A DNA stretch of 64,000 nt. Origin: Eledone cirrhosa. Its lineage: Eukaryota. The stretch spans positions 1-64,000 of the forward strand of contig CAXHJY010001098.1 in the NCBI GenBank assembly GCA_964016885.1. Direction: 5' to 3'. Shown here piece after piece: positions 26,105-39,300 of this stretch (positions within the stretch are counted from its first letter, which is position 1; every line of letters begins with the position of its first letter). The notes beneath the pieces were generated by a model. The model searched no databases. It had not been told where the DNA came from and saw only the letters and a program-made list of their open reading frames with translations. Position numbers and translations under genes: made by a program.

Positions 26105-29100
26105 TACGGAGATATCTTGCTGAAATTCACGCCACACATAGCCAATGAGTGTCTGCACATGTACCAGTAATTACAGATCGATCCGACCACGGGCGGCCGG
26201 CCCGCGATTGAAAAGGTAACTCCGCCGGCAAATCGTCATTTTTGGATTCGTTTTCTTCGAAGCACACCATTCGCCGGCGGACTTTGTTGACGTTTAACAC
26301 GGTTTGGTTCCACAGCCACAACTATTGAATTTACGGAGATATCTTGCTGAAATTCACGCCACACATAGCCAATGAGTGTCTGCACATGTACCAGTAATTA
26401 CAGATCGATCCGACCACGGGCGGCCGGCCCGCGATTGAAAAGGTAACTCCGCCGGCAAATCGTCATTTTTGGATTCGTTTTCTTCGAAGCACACCATTCG
26501 CCGGCGGACTTTGTTGACGTTTAACACGGTTTGGTTCCACAGCCACAACTATTGATTTTACGGAGATATCTTGCTGAAATTCACGCCGCACATAGCCAAT
26601 GAGTGTCTGCACATGTACCAGTAATTACAGATCGATCTGACCACGGGCGGCCGGCCCGCGATTGAAAAGGTAACTCCGCCGGCAAATCGTCATTTTTGGA
26701 TTCGTTTTCTTCGAAGCACACCATTCGCCGGCGGACTTTGTTGACGTTTAACACGGTTTGGTTCCACAGCCACAACTATTGATTTTACGGAGATATCTTG
26801 CTGAAATTCACGCCGCACATAGCCAATGAGTGTCTGCACATGTACCAGTAATTACAGATCGATCCGACCACGGCCGGCCGGCCCGCGATTGAAAAGGTAA
26901 CTCCGCCGGCAAATCGTCATTTTTGGATTCGTTTTCTTCGAAGCACACCATTCGCCGGCGGACTTTGTTGACGTTTAACACGGTTTGGTTCCACAGCCAC
27001 AACTATTGGTTTTACGGAGATATCTTGCTGAAATTCACGCCACACATAGCCAATGAGTGTCTGCACATCTACCAGTAATTACAGATCGATCCGACCACGG
27101 GCGGCCGGCCCGCGATTGAAAAGGTAACTCCGCCGGCAAATCGTCATTTTTGGATTCGTTTTCTTCGAAGCACACCATTCGCCGGCGGACTTTGTTGACG
27201 TTTAACACGGTTTGGTTCCACAGCCACAACTATTGAATTTACGGAGATATCTTGCTGAAATTCACGCCACACATAGCCAATGAGTGTCTGCACATGTACC
27301 AGTAATTACAGATCGATCCGACCACGGGCGGCCGGCCCGCGATTGAAAAGGTAACTCCGCCGGCAAATCGTCATTTTTGGATTCGTTTTCTTCGAAGCAC
27401 ACCATTCGCCGGCGGACTTTGTTGACGTTTAACACGGTTTGGTTCCACAGCCACAACTATTGATTTTACGGAGATATCTTGCTGAAATTCACGCCGCACA
27501 TAGCCAATGAGTGTCTGCACATGTACCAGTAATTACAGATCGATCTGACCACGGGCGGCCGGCCCGCGATTGAAAAGGTAACTCCGCCGGCAAATCGTCA
27601 TTTTTGGATTCGTTTTCTTCGAAGCACACCATTCGCCGGCGGACTTTGTTGACGTTTAACACGGTTTGGTTCCACAGCCACAACTATTGAATTCACGGAG
27701 ATATCTTGCTGAAATTCACGCCACACATAGCCAATGAGTGTCTGCACATGTACCAGTAATTACAGATCGATCCGACCACGGGCGGCCGGCCCGCGATTGA
27801 AAAGGTAACTCCGCCGGCAAATCGTCATTTTTGGATTCGTTTTCTTCGAAGCACACCATTCGCCGGCGGACTTTGTTGACGTTTAACACGGTTTGGTTCC
27901 ACAGCCACAACTATTGATTTTACGGAGATATCTTGCTGAAATTCACGCCGCACATAGCCAATGAGTGTCTGCACATGTACCAGTAATTACAGATCGATCC
28001 GACCACGGGCGGCCGGCCCGCGATTGAAAAGGTAACTCCGCCGGCAAATCGTCATTTTTGGATTCGTTTTCTTCGAAGCACACCATTCGCCGGCGGACTT
28101 TGTTGACGTTTAACACGGTTTGGTTCCACAGCCACAACTATTGATTTTACGGAGATATCTTGCTGAAATTCACGCCGCACATAGCCAATGAGTGTCTGCA
28201 CATGTACCAGTAATTACAGATCGATCCGACCACGGGCGGCCGGCCCGCGATTGAAAAGGTAACTCCGCCGGCAAATCGTCATTTTTGGATTCGTTTTCTT
28301 CGAAGCACACCATTCGCCGGCGGACTTTGTTGACGTTTAACACGGTTTGGTTCCACAGCCACAACTATTGATTTTACGGAGATATCTTGCTGAAATTCAC
28401 GCCACACATAGCCAATGAGTGTCTGCACATGTACCAGTAATTACAGATCGATCCGACCACGGGCGGCCGGCCCGCGATTAAAAAGGTAACTCCGCCGGCA
28501 AATCGTCATTTTTGGATTCGTTTTCTTCGAAGCACACCATTCGCCGGCGGACTTTGTTGACGTTTAACACGGTTTGGTTCCACAGCCACAACTATTGAAT
28601 TTACGGAGATATCTTGCTGAAATTCACGCCACACATAGCCAATGAGTGTCTGCACATGTACCAGTAATTACAGATCGATCCGACCACGGGCGGCCGGCCC
28701 GCGATTGAAAAGGTAACTCCGCCGGCAAATCGTCATTTTTGGATTCGTTTTCTTCGAAGCACACCATTCGCCGGCGGACTTTGTTGACGTTTAACACGGT
28801 TTGGTTCCACAGCCACAACTATTGATTTCACGGAGATATCTTGCTGAAATTCACGCCGCACATAGCCAATGAGTGTCTGCACATGTACCAGTAATTACAG
28901 ATCGATCTGACCACGGGCGGCCGGCCCGCGATTGAAAAGGTAACTCCGCCGGCAAATCGTCATTTTTGGATTCGTTTTCTTCGAAGCACACCATTCGCCG
29001 GCGGACTTTGTTGACGTTTAACACGGTTTGGTTCCACAGCCACAACTATTGATTTTACGGAGATATCTTGCTGAAATTCACGCCACACATAGCCAATGAG

Positions 29101-29963
29101 TGTCTGCACATGTACCAGTAATTACAGATCGATCCGACCACGGGCGGCCGGTCCGCGATTGAAAAGGTAACTCCGCCGGCAAATCGTCATTTTTGGATTC
29201 GTTTTCTTCGAAGCACACCATTCGCCGGCGGACTTTGTTGACGTTTAACACGGTTTGGTTCCACAGCCACAACTATTGAATTCACGGAGATATCTTGCTG
29301 AAATTCACGCCACACATAGCCAATGAGTGTCTGCACATGTACCAGCAATTACAGATCGATCCGACCACGGGCGGCCGGCCCGCGATTGAAAAGGTAACTC
29401 CGCCGGCAAATCGTCATTTTTGGATTCGTTTTCTTCGAAGCACACCATTCGCCGGCGGACTTTGTTGACGTTTAACACGGTTTGGTTCCACAGCCACAAC
29501 TATTGATTTTACGGAGATATCTTGCTGAAATTCACGCCGCACATAGCCAATGAGTGTCTGCACATGTACCAGTAATTACAGATCGATCCGACCACGGGCG
29601 GCCGGCCCGCGATTGAAAAGGTAACTCCGCCGGCAAATCGTCATTTTTGGATTCGTTTTCTTCGAAGCACACCATTCGCCGGCGGACTTTGTTGACGTTT
29701 AACACGGTTTGGTTCCACAGCCACAACTATTGATTTTACGGAGATATCTTGCTGAAATTCACGCCGCACATAGCCAATGGGTGTCTGCACATGTACCAGT
29801 AATTACAGATCGATCCGACCACGGGCGGCCGGCCCGCGATTGAAAAGGTAACTCCGCCGGCAAATCGTCATTTTTGGATTCGTTTTCTTCGAAGCACACC
29901 ATTCGCCGGCGGACTTTGTTGACGTTTAACACGGTTTGGTTCCACAGCCACAACTATTGAATT

Positions 29964-32900
29964 CACGGAGATATCTTGCTGAAATTCACGCCACACATAG
30001 CCAATGAGTGTCTGCACATGTACCAGTAATTACAGATCGATCCGACCACGGGCGGCCGGCCCGCGATTGAAAAGGTAACTCCGCCGGCAAATCGTCATTT
30101 TTGGATTCGTTTTCTTCGAAGCACACCATTCGCCGGCGGACTTTGTTGACGTTTAACACGGTTTGGTTCCACAGCCACAACTATTGATTTTACGGAGATA
30201 TCTTGCTGAAATTCACGCCGCACATAGCCAATGAGTGTCTGCACATGTACCAGTAATTACAGATCGATCCGACCACGGGCGGCCGGCCCGCGATTGAAAA
30301 GGTAACTCCGCCGGCAAATCGTCATTTTTGGATTCGTTTTCTTCGAAGCACACCATTTGCCGGCGGACTTTGTTGACGTTTAACACGGTTTGGTTCCACA
30401 GCCACAACTATTGATTTTATGGAGATATCTTGCTGAAATTCACGCCGCACATAGCCAATGAGTGTCTGCACATGTACCAGTAATTACAGATCGATCCGAC
30501 CACGGGCGGCCGGTCCGCGATTGAAAAGGTAACTCCGCCGGCAAATCGTCATTTTTGGATTCGTTTTCTTCGAAGCACACCATTCGCCGGCGGACTTTGT
30601 TGACGTTTAACACGGTTTGGTTCCACAGCCACAACTATTGAATTCACGGAGATATCTTGCTGAAATTCACGCCACACATAGCCAATGAGTGTCTGCACAT
30701 GTACCAGTAATTACAGATCGATCCGACCACGGGCGGCCGGCCCGCGATTGAAAAGGTAACTCCGCCGGCAAATCGTCATTTTTGGATTCGTTTTCTTCGA
30801 AGCACACCATTCGCCGGCGGACTTTGTTGACGTTTAACACGGTTTGGTTCCACAGCCACAACTATTGATTTTACGGAGATATCTTGCTGAAATTCACGCC
30901 GCACATAGCCAATGAGTGTCTGCACATGTACCAGTAATTACAGATCGATCTGACCACGGGCGGCCGGCCCGCGATTGAAAAGGTAACTCCGCCGGCAAAT
31001 CGTCATTTTTGGATTCGTTTTCTTCGAAGCACACCATTTGCCGGCGGACTTTGTTGACGTTTAACACGGTTTGGTTCCACAGCCACAACTATTGATTTTA
31101 TGGAGATATCTTGCTGAAATTCACGCCGCACATAGCCAATGAGTGTCTGCACATGTACCAGTAATTACAGATCGATCCGACCACGGGCGGCCGGTCCGCG
31201 ATTGAAAAGGTAACTCCGCCGGCAAATCGTCATTTTTGGATTCGTTTTCTTCGAAGCACACCATTCGCCGGCGGACTTTGTTGACGTTTAACACGGTTTG
31301 GTTCCACAGCCACAACTATTGAATTCACGGAGATATCTTGCTGAAATTCACGCCACACATAGCCAATGAGTGTCTGCACATGTACCAGTAATTACAGATC
31401 GATCCGACCACGGGCGGCCGGCCCGCGATTGAAAAGGTAACTCCGCCGGCAAATCGTCATTTTTGGATTCGTTTTCTTCGAAGCACACCATTCGCCGGCG
31501 GACTTTGTTGACGTTTAACACGGTTTGGTTCCACAGCCACAACTATTGATTTTACGGAGATATCTTGCTGAAATTCACGCCGCACATAGCCAATGAGTGT
31601 CTGCACATGTACCAGTAATTACAGATCGATCTGACCACGGGCGGCCGGCCCGCGATTGAAAAGGTAACTCCGCCGGCAAATCGTCATTTTTGGATTCGTT
31701 TTCTTCGAAGCACACCATTCGCCGGCGGACTTTGTTGACGTTTAACACGGTTTGGTTCCACAGCCACAACTATTGATTTTACGGAGATATCTTGCTGAAA
31801 TTCACGCCGCACATAGCCAATGAGTGTCTGCACATGTACCAGTAATTACAGATCTATCCGACCACGGGCGGCCGGCCCGCGATTGAAAAGGTAACTCCGC
31901 CGGCAAATCGTCATTTTTGGATTCGTTTTCTTCGAAGCACACCATTCGCCGGCGGACTTTGTTGACGTTTAACACGGTTTGGTTCCACAGCCACAACTAT
32001 TGAATTCACGGAGATATCTTGCTGAAATTCACGCCACACATAGCCAATGAGTGTCTGCACATGTACCAGTAATTACAGATCGATCCGACCACGGGCGGCC
32101 GGCCCGCGATTGAAAAGGTAACTCCGCCGGCAAATCGTCATTTTTGGATTCGTTTTCTTCGAAGCACACCATTCGCCGGCGGACTTTGTTGACGTTTAAC
32201 ACGGTTTGGTTCCACAGCCACAACTATTGATTTTACGGAGATATCTTGCTGAAATTCACGCCGCACATAGCCAATGAGTGTCTGCACATGTACCAGTAAT
32301 TACAGATCGATCCGACCACGGGCGGCCGGCCCGCGATTGAAAAGGTAACTCCGCCGGCAAATCGTCATTTTTGGATTCGTTTTCTTCGAAGCACACCATT
32401 CGCCGGCGGACTTTGTTGACGTTTAACACGGTTTGGTTCCACAGCCACAACTATTGATTTTACGGAGATATCTTGCTGAAATTCACGCCGCACATAGCCA
32501 ATGGGTGTCTGCACATGTACCAGTAATTACAGATCGATCCGACCACGGGCGGCCGGCCCGCGATTGAAAAGGTAACTCCGCCGGCAAATCGTCATTTTTG
32601 GATTCGTTTTCTTCGAAGCACACCATTCGCCGGCGGACATTGTTGACGTTTAACACGGTTTGGTTCCACAGCCACAACTATTGATTTTACGGAGATATCT
32701 TGCTGAAATTCACGCCACACATAGCCAATGAGTGTCTGCACATGTACCAGTAATTACAGATCGATCCGACCACGGGCGGCCGGCCCGCGATTGAAAAGGT
32801 AACTCCGCCGGCAAATCGTCATTTTTGGATTCGTTTTCTTCGAAGCACACCATTCGCCGGCGGACTTTGTTGACGTTTAACACGGTTTGGTTCCACAGCC

Positions 32901-35900
32901 ACAACTATTGATTTTACGGAGATATCTTGCTGAAATTCACGCCGCACATAGCCAATGAGTGTCTGCACATGTACCAGTAATTACAGATCGATCCGACCAC
33001 GGGCGGCCGGCCCGCGATTGAAAAGGTAACTCCGCCGGCAAATCGTCATTTTTGGATTCGTTTTCTTCGAAGCACACCATTCGCCGGCGGACTTTGTTGA
33101 CGTTTAACACGGTTTGGTTCCACAGCCACAACTATTGAATTCACGGAGATATCTTGCTGAAATTCACGCCACACATAGCCAATGAGTGTCTGCACATGTA
33201 CCAGTAATTACAGATCGATCCGACCACGGGCGGCCGGCCCGCGATTGAAAAGGTAACTCCGCCGGCAAATCGTCATTTTTGGATTCGTTTTCTTCGAAGC
33301 ACACCATTCGCCGGCGGACTTTGTTGACGTTTAACACGGTTTGGTTCCACAGCCACAACTATTGATTTTACGGAGATATCTTGCTGAAATTCACGCCGCA
33401 CATAGCCAATGAGTGTCTGCACATGTACCAGTAATTACAGATCGATCCGACCACGGGCGGCCGGCCCGCGATTGAAAAGGTAACTCCGCCGGCAAATCGT
33501 CATTTTTGGATTCGTTTTCTTCGAAGCACACCATTTGCCGGCGGACTTTGTTGACGTTTAACACGGTTTGGTTCCACAGCCACAACTATTGATTTTATGG
33601 AGATATCTTGCTGAAATTCACGCCGCACATAGCCAATGAGTGTCTGCACATGTACCAGTAATTACAGATCGATCCGACCACGGGCGGCCGGTCCGCGATT
33701 GAAAAGGTAACTCCGCCGGCAAATCGTCATTTTTGGATTCGTTTTCTTCGAAGCACACCATTCGCCGGCGGACTTTGTTGACGTTTAACACGGTTTGGTT
33801 CCACAGCCACAACTATTGAATTCACGGAGATATCTTGCTGAAATTCACGCCACACATAGCCAATGAGTGTCTGCACATGTACCAGTAATTACAGATCGAT
33901 CCGACCACGGGCGGCCGGCCCGCGATTGAAAAGGTAACTCCGCCGGCAAATCGTCATTTTTGGATTCGTTTTCTTCGAAGCACACCATTCGCCGGCGGAC
34001 TTTGTTGACGTTTAACACGGTTTGGTTCCACAGCCACAACTATTGATTTTACGGAGATATCTTGCTGAAATTCACGCCGCACATAGCCAATGAGTGTCTG
34101 CACATGTACCAGTAATTACAGATCGATCTGACCACGGGCGGCCGGCCCGCGATTGAAAAGGTAACTCCGCCGGCAAATCGTCATTTTTGGATTCGTTTTC
34201 TTCGAAGCACACCATTTGCCGGCGGACTTTGTTGACGTTTAACACGGTTTGGTTCCACAGCCACAACTATTGATTTTATGGAGATATCTTGCTGAAATTC
34301 ACGCCGCACATAGCCAATGAGTGTCTGCACATGTACCAGTAATTACAGATCGATCCGACCACGGGCGGCCGGTCCGCGATTGAAAAGGTAACTCCGCCGG
34401 CAAATCGTCATTTTTGGATTCGTTTTCTTCGAAGCACACCATTCGCCGGCGGACTTTGTTGACGTTTAACACGGTTTGGTTCCACAGCCACAACTATTGA
34501 ATTCACGGAGATATCTTGCTGAAATTCACGCCACACATAGCCAATGAGTGTCTGCACATGTACCAGTAATTACAGATCGATCCGACCACGGGCGGCCGGC
34601 CCGCGATTGAAAAGGTAACTCCGCCGGCAAATCGTCATTTTTGGATTCGTTTTCTTCGAAGCACACCATTCGCCGGCGGACTTTGTTGACGTTTAACACG
34701 GTTTGGTTCCACAGCCACAACTATTGATTTTACGGAGATATCTTGCTGAAATTCACGCCGCACATAGCCAATGAGTGTCTGCACATGTACCAGTAATTAC
34801 AGATCGATCTGACCACGGGCGGCCGGCCCGCGATTGAAAAGGTAACTCCGCCGGCAAATCGTCATTTTTGGATTCGTTTTCTTCGAAGCACACCATTCGC
34901 CGGCGGACTTTGTTGACGTTTAACACGGTTTGGTTCCACAGCCACAACTATTGATTTTACGGAGATATCTTGCTGAAATTCACGCCGCACATAGCCAATG
35001 AGTGTCTGCACATGTACCAGTAATTACAGATCTATCCGACCACGGGCGGCCGGCCCGCGATTGAAAAGGTAACTCCGCCGGCAAATCGTCATTTTTGGAT
35101 TCGTTTTCTTCGAAGCACACCATTCGCCGGCGGACTTTGTTGACGTTTAACACGGTTTGGTTCCACAGCCACAACTATTGAATTCACGGAGATATCTTGC
35201 TGAAATTCACGCCACACATAGCCAATGAGTGTCTGCACATGTACCAGTAATTACAGATCGATCCGACCACGGGCGGCCGGCCCGCGATTGAAAAGGTAAC
35301 TCCGCCGGCAAATCGTCATTTTTGGATTCGTTTTCTTCGAAGCACACCATTCGCCGGCGGACTTTGTTGACGTTTAACACGGTTTGGTTCCACAGCCACA
35401 ACTATTGATTTTACGGAGATATCTTGCTGAAATTCACGCCGCACATAGCCAATGAGTGTCTGCACATGTACCAGTAATTACAGATCGATCCGACCACGGG
35501 CGGCCGGCCCGCGATTGAAAAGGTAACTCCGCCGGCAAATCGTCATTTTTGGATTCGTTTTCTTCGAAGCACACCATTCGCCGGCGGACTTTGTTGACGT
35601 TTAACACGGTTTGGTTCCACAGCCACAACTATTGATTTTACGGAGATATCTTGCTGAAATTCACGCCGCACATAGCCAATGGGTGTCTGCACATGTACCA
35701 GTAATTACAGATCGATCCGACCACGGGCGGCCGGCCCGCGATTGAAAAGGTAACTCCGCCGGCAAATCGTCATTTTTGGATTCGTTTTCTTCGAAGCACA
35801 CCATTCGCCGGCGGACATTGTTGACGTTTAACACGGTTTGGTTCCACAGCCACAACTATTGATTTTACGGAGATATCTTGCTGAAATTCACGCCACACAT

Positions 35901-36319
35901 AGCCAATGAGTGTCTGCACATGTACCAGTAATTACAGATCGATCCGACCACGGGCGGCCGGCCCGCGATTGAAAAGGTAACTCCGCCGGCAAATCGTCAT
36001 TTTTGGATTCGTTTTCTTCGAAGCACACCATTCGCCGGCGGACTTTGTTGACGTTTAACACGGTTTGGTTCCACAGCCACAACTATTGATTTTACGGAGA
36101 TATCTTGCTGAAATTCACGCCGCACATAGCCAATGAGTGTCTGCACATGTACCAGTAATTACAGATCGATCCGACCACGGGCGGCCGGCCCGCGATTGAA
36201 AAGGTAACTCCGCCGGCAAATCGTCATTTTTGGATTCGTTTTCTTCGAAGCACACCATTCGCCGGCGGACTTTGTTGACGTTTAACACGGTTTGGTTCCA
36301 CAGCCACAACTATTGATTT
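29964..36319. repeat. Higher-order duplication: 14-monomer block (3178 bp) x2, each starting with a 3-monomer (681 bp) duplication
   Basis: C168T (R->Q) at ORFs 30213/30894 and 33391/34072. A44G+T179A at ORFs 32483 and 35661. Confidence 0.9.
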
Positions 36320-39300
36320 TACGGAGATATCTTGCTGAAATTCACGCCGCACATAGCCAATGAGTGTCTGCACATGTACCAGTAATTACAGATCTATCCG
36401 ACCACGGGCGGCCGGCCCGCGATTGAAAAGGTAACTCCGCCGGCAAATCGTCATTTTTGGATTCGTTTTCTTCGAAGCACACCATTCGCCGGCGGACTTT
36501 GTTGACGTTTAACACGGTTTGGTTCCACAGCCACAACTATTGATTTTACGGAGATATCTTGCTGAAATTCACGCCGCACATAGCCAATGAGTGTCTGCAC
36601 ATGTACCAGTAATTACAGATCGATCCGACCACGGGCGGCCGGTCCGCGATTGAAAAGGTAACTCCGCCGGCAAATCGTCATTTTTGGATTCGTTTTCTTC
36701 GAAGCACACCATTCGCCGGCGGACTTTGTTGACGTTTAACACGGTTTGGTTCCACAGCCACAACTATTGAATTCACGGAGATATCTTGCTGAAATTCACG
36801 CCACACATAGCCAATGAGTGTCTGCACATGTACCAGTAATTACAGATCGATCCGACCACGGGCGGCCGGCCCGCGATTGAAAAGGTAACTCCGCCGGCAA
36901 ATCGTCATTTTTGGATTCGTTTTCTTCGAAGCACACCATTCGCCGGCGGACTTTGTTGACGTTTAACACGGTTTGGTTCCACAGCCACAACTATTGAATT
37001 TACGGAGATATCTTGCTGAAATTCACGCCACACATAGCCAATGAGTGTCTGCACATGTACCAGTAATTACAGATCGATCCGACCACGGGCGGCCGGCCCG
37101 CGATTGAAAAGGTAACTCCGCCGGCAAATCGTCATTTTTGGATTCGTTTTCTTCGAAGCACACCATTCGCCGGCGGACTTTGTTGACGTTTAACACGGTT
37201 TGGTTCCACAGCCACAACTATTGATTTTATGGAGATATCTTGCTGAAATTCACGCCGCACATAGCCAATGAGTGTCTGCACATGTACCAGTAATTACAGA
37301 TCGATCCGACCACGGGCGGCCGGTCCGCGATTGAAAAGGTAACTCCGCCGGCAAATCGTCATTTTTGGATTCGTTTTCTTCGAAGCACACCATTCGCCGG
37401 CGGACTTTGTTGACGTTTAACACGGTTTGGTTCCACAGCCACAACTATTGAATTCACGGAGATATCTTGCTGAAATTCACGCCACACATAGCCAATGAGT
37501 GTCTGCACATGTACCAGTAATTACAGATCGATCCGACCACGGGCGGCCGGCCCGCGATTAAAAAGGTAACTCCGCCGGCAAATCGTCATTTTTGGATTCG
37601 TTTTCTTCGAAGCACACCATTCGCCGGCGGACTTTGTTGACGTTTAACACGGTTTGGTTCCACAGCCACAACTATTGAATTTACGGAGATATCTTGCTGA
37701 AATTCACGCCACACATAGCCAATGAGTGTCTGCACATGTACCAGTAATTACAGATCGATCTGACCACGGGCGGCCGGCCCGCGATTGAAAAGGTAACTCC
37801 GCCGGCAAATCGTCATTTTTGGATTCGTTTTCTTCGAAGCACACCATTCGCCGGCGGACTTTGTTGACGTTTAACACGGTTTGGTTCCACAGCCACAACT
37901 ATTGATTTTACGGAGATATCTTGCTGAAATTCACGCCGCACATAGCCAATGAGTGTCTGCACATGTACCAGTAATTACAGATCGATCCGACCACGGGCGG
38001 CCGGCCCGCGATTGAAAAGGTAACTCCGCCGGCAAATCGTCATTTTTGGATTCGTTTTCTTCGAAGCACACCATTCGCCGGCGGACTTTGTTGACGTTTA
38101 ACACGGTTTGGTTCCACAGCCACAACTATTGATTTTACGGAGATATCTTGCTGAAATTCACGCCGCACATAGCCAATGAGTGTCTGCACATGTACCAGTA
38201 ATTACAGATCGATCCGACCACGGGCGGCCGGCCCGCGATTGAAAAGGTAACTCCGCCGGCAAATCGTCATTTTTGGATTCGTTTTCTTCGAAGCACACCA
38301 TTCGCCGGCGGACATTGTTGACGTTTAACACGGTTTGGTTCCACAGCCACAACTATTGATTTTACGGAGATATCTTGCTGAAATTCACGCCACACATAGC
38401 CAATGAGTGTCTGCACATGTACCAGTAATTACAGATCGATCCGAGCACGGGCGGCCGGCCCGCGATTGAAAAGGTAACTCCGCCGGCAAATCGTCATTTT
38501 TGGATTCGTTTTCTTCGAAGCACACCATTCGCCGGCGGACATTGTTGACGTTTAACACGGTTTGGTTCCACAGCCACAACTATTGATTTTACGGAGATAT
38601 CTTGCTGAAATTCACGCCACACATAGCCAATGAGTGTCTGCACATGTACCAGTAATTACAGATCGATCCGACCACGGGCGGCCGGCCCGCGATTGAAAAG
38701 GTAACTCCGCCGGCAAATCGTCATTTTTGGATTCGTTTTCTTCGAAGCACACCATTCGCCGGCGGACTTTGTTGACGTTTAACACGGTTTGGTTCCACAG
38801 CCACAACTATTGAATTTACGGAGATATCTTGCTGAAATTCACGCCACACATAGCCAATGAGTGTCTGCACATGTACCAGTAATTACAGATCGATCCGACC
38901 ACGGGCGGCCGGCCCGCGATTGAAAAGGTAACTCCGCCGGCAAATCGTCATTTTTGGATTCGTTTTCTTCGAAGCACACCATTCGCCGGCGGACTTTGTT
39001 GACGTTTAACACGGTTTGGTTCCACAGCCACAACTATTGATTTTATGGAGATATCTTGCTGAAATTCACGCCGCACATAGCCAATGAGTGTCTGCACATG
39101 TACCAGTAATTACAGATCGATCCGACCACGGGCGGCCGGTCCGCGATTGAAAAGGTAACTCCGCCGGCAAATCGTCATTTTTGGATTCGTTTTCTTCGAA
39201 GCACACCATTCGCCGGCGGACTTTGTTGACGTTTAACACGGTTTGGTTCCACAGCCACAACTATTGAATTCACGGAGATATCTTGCTGAAATTCACGCCA

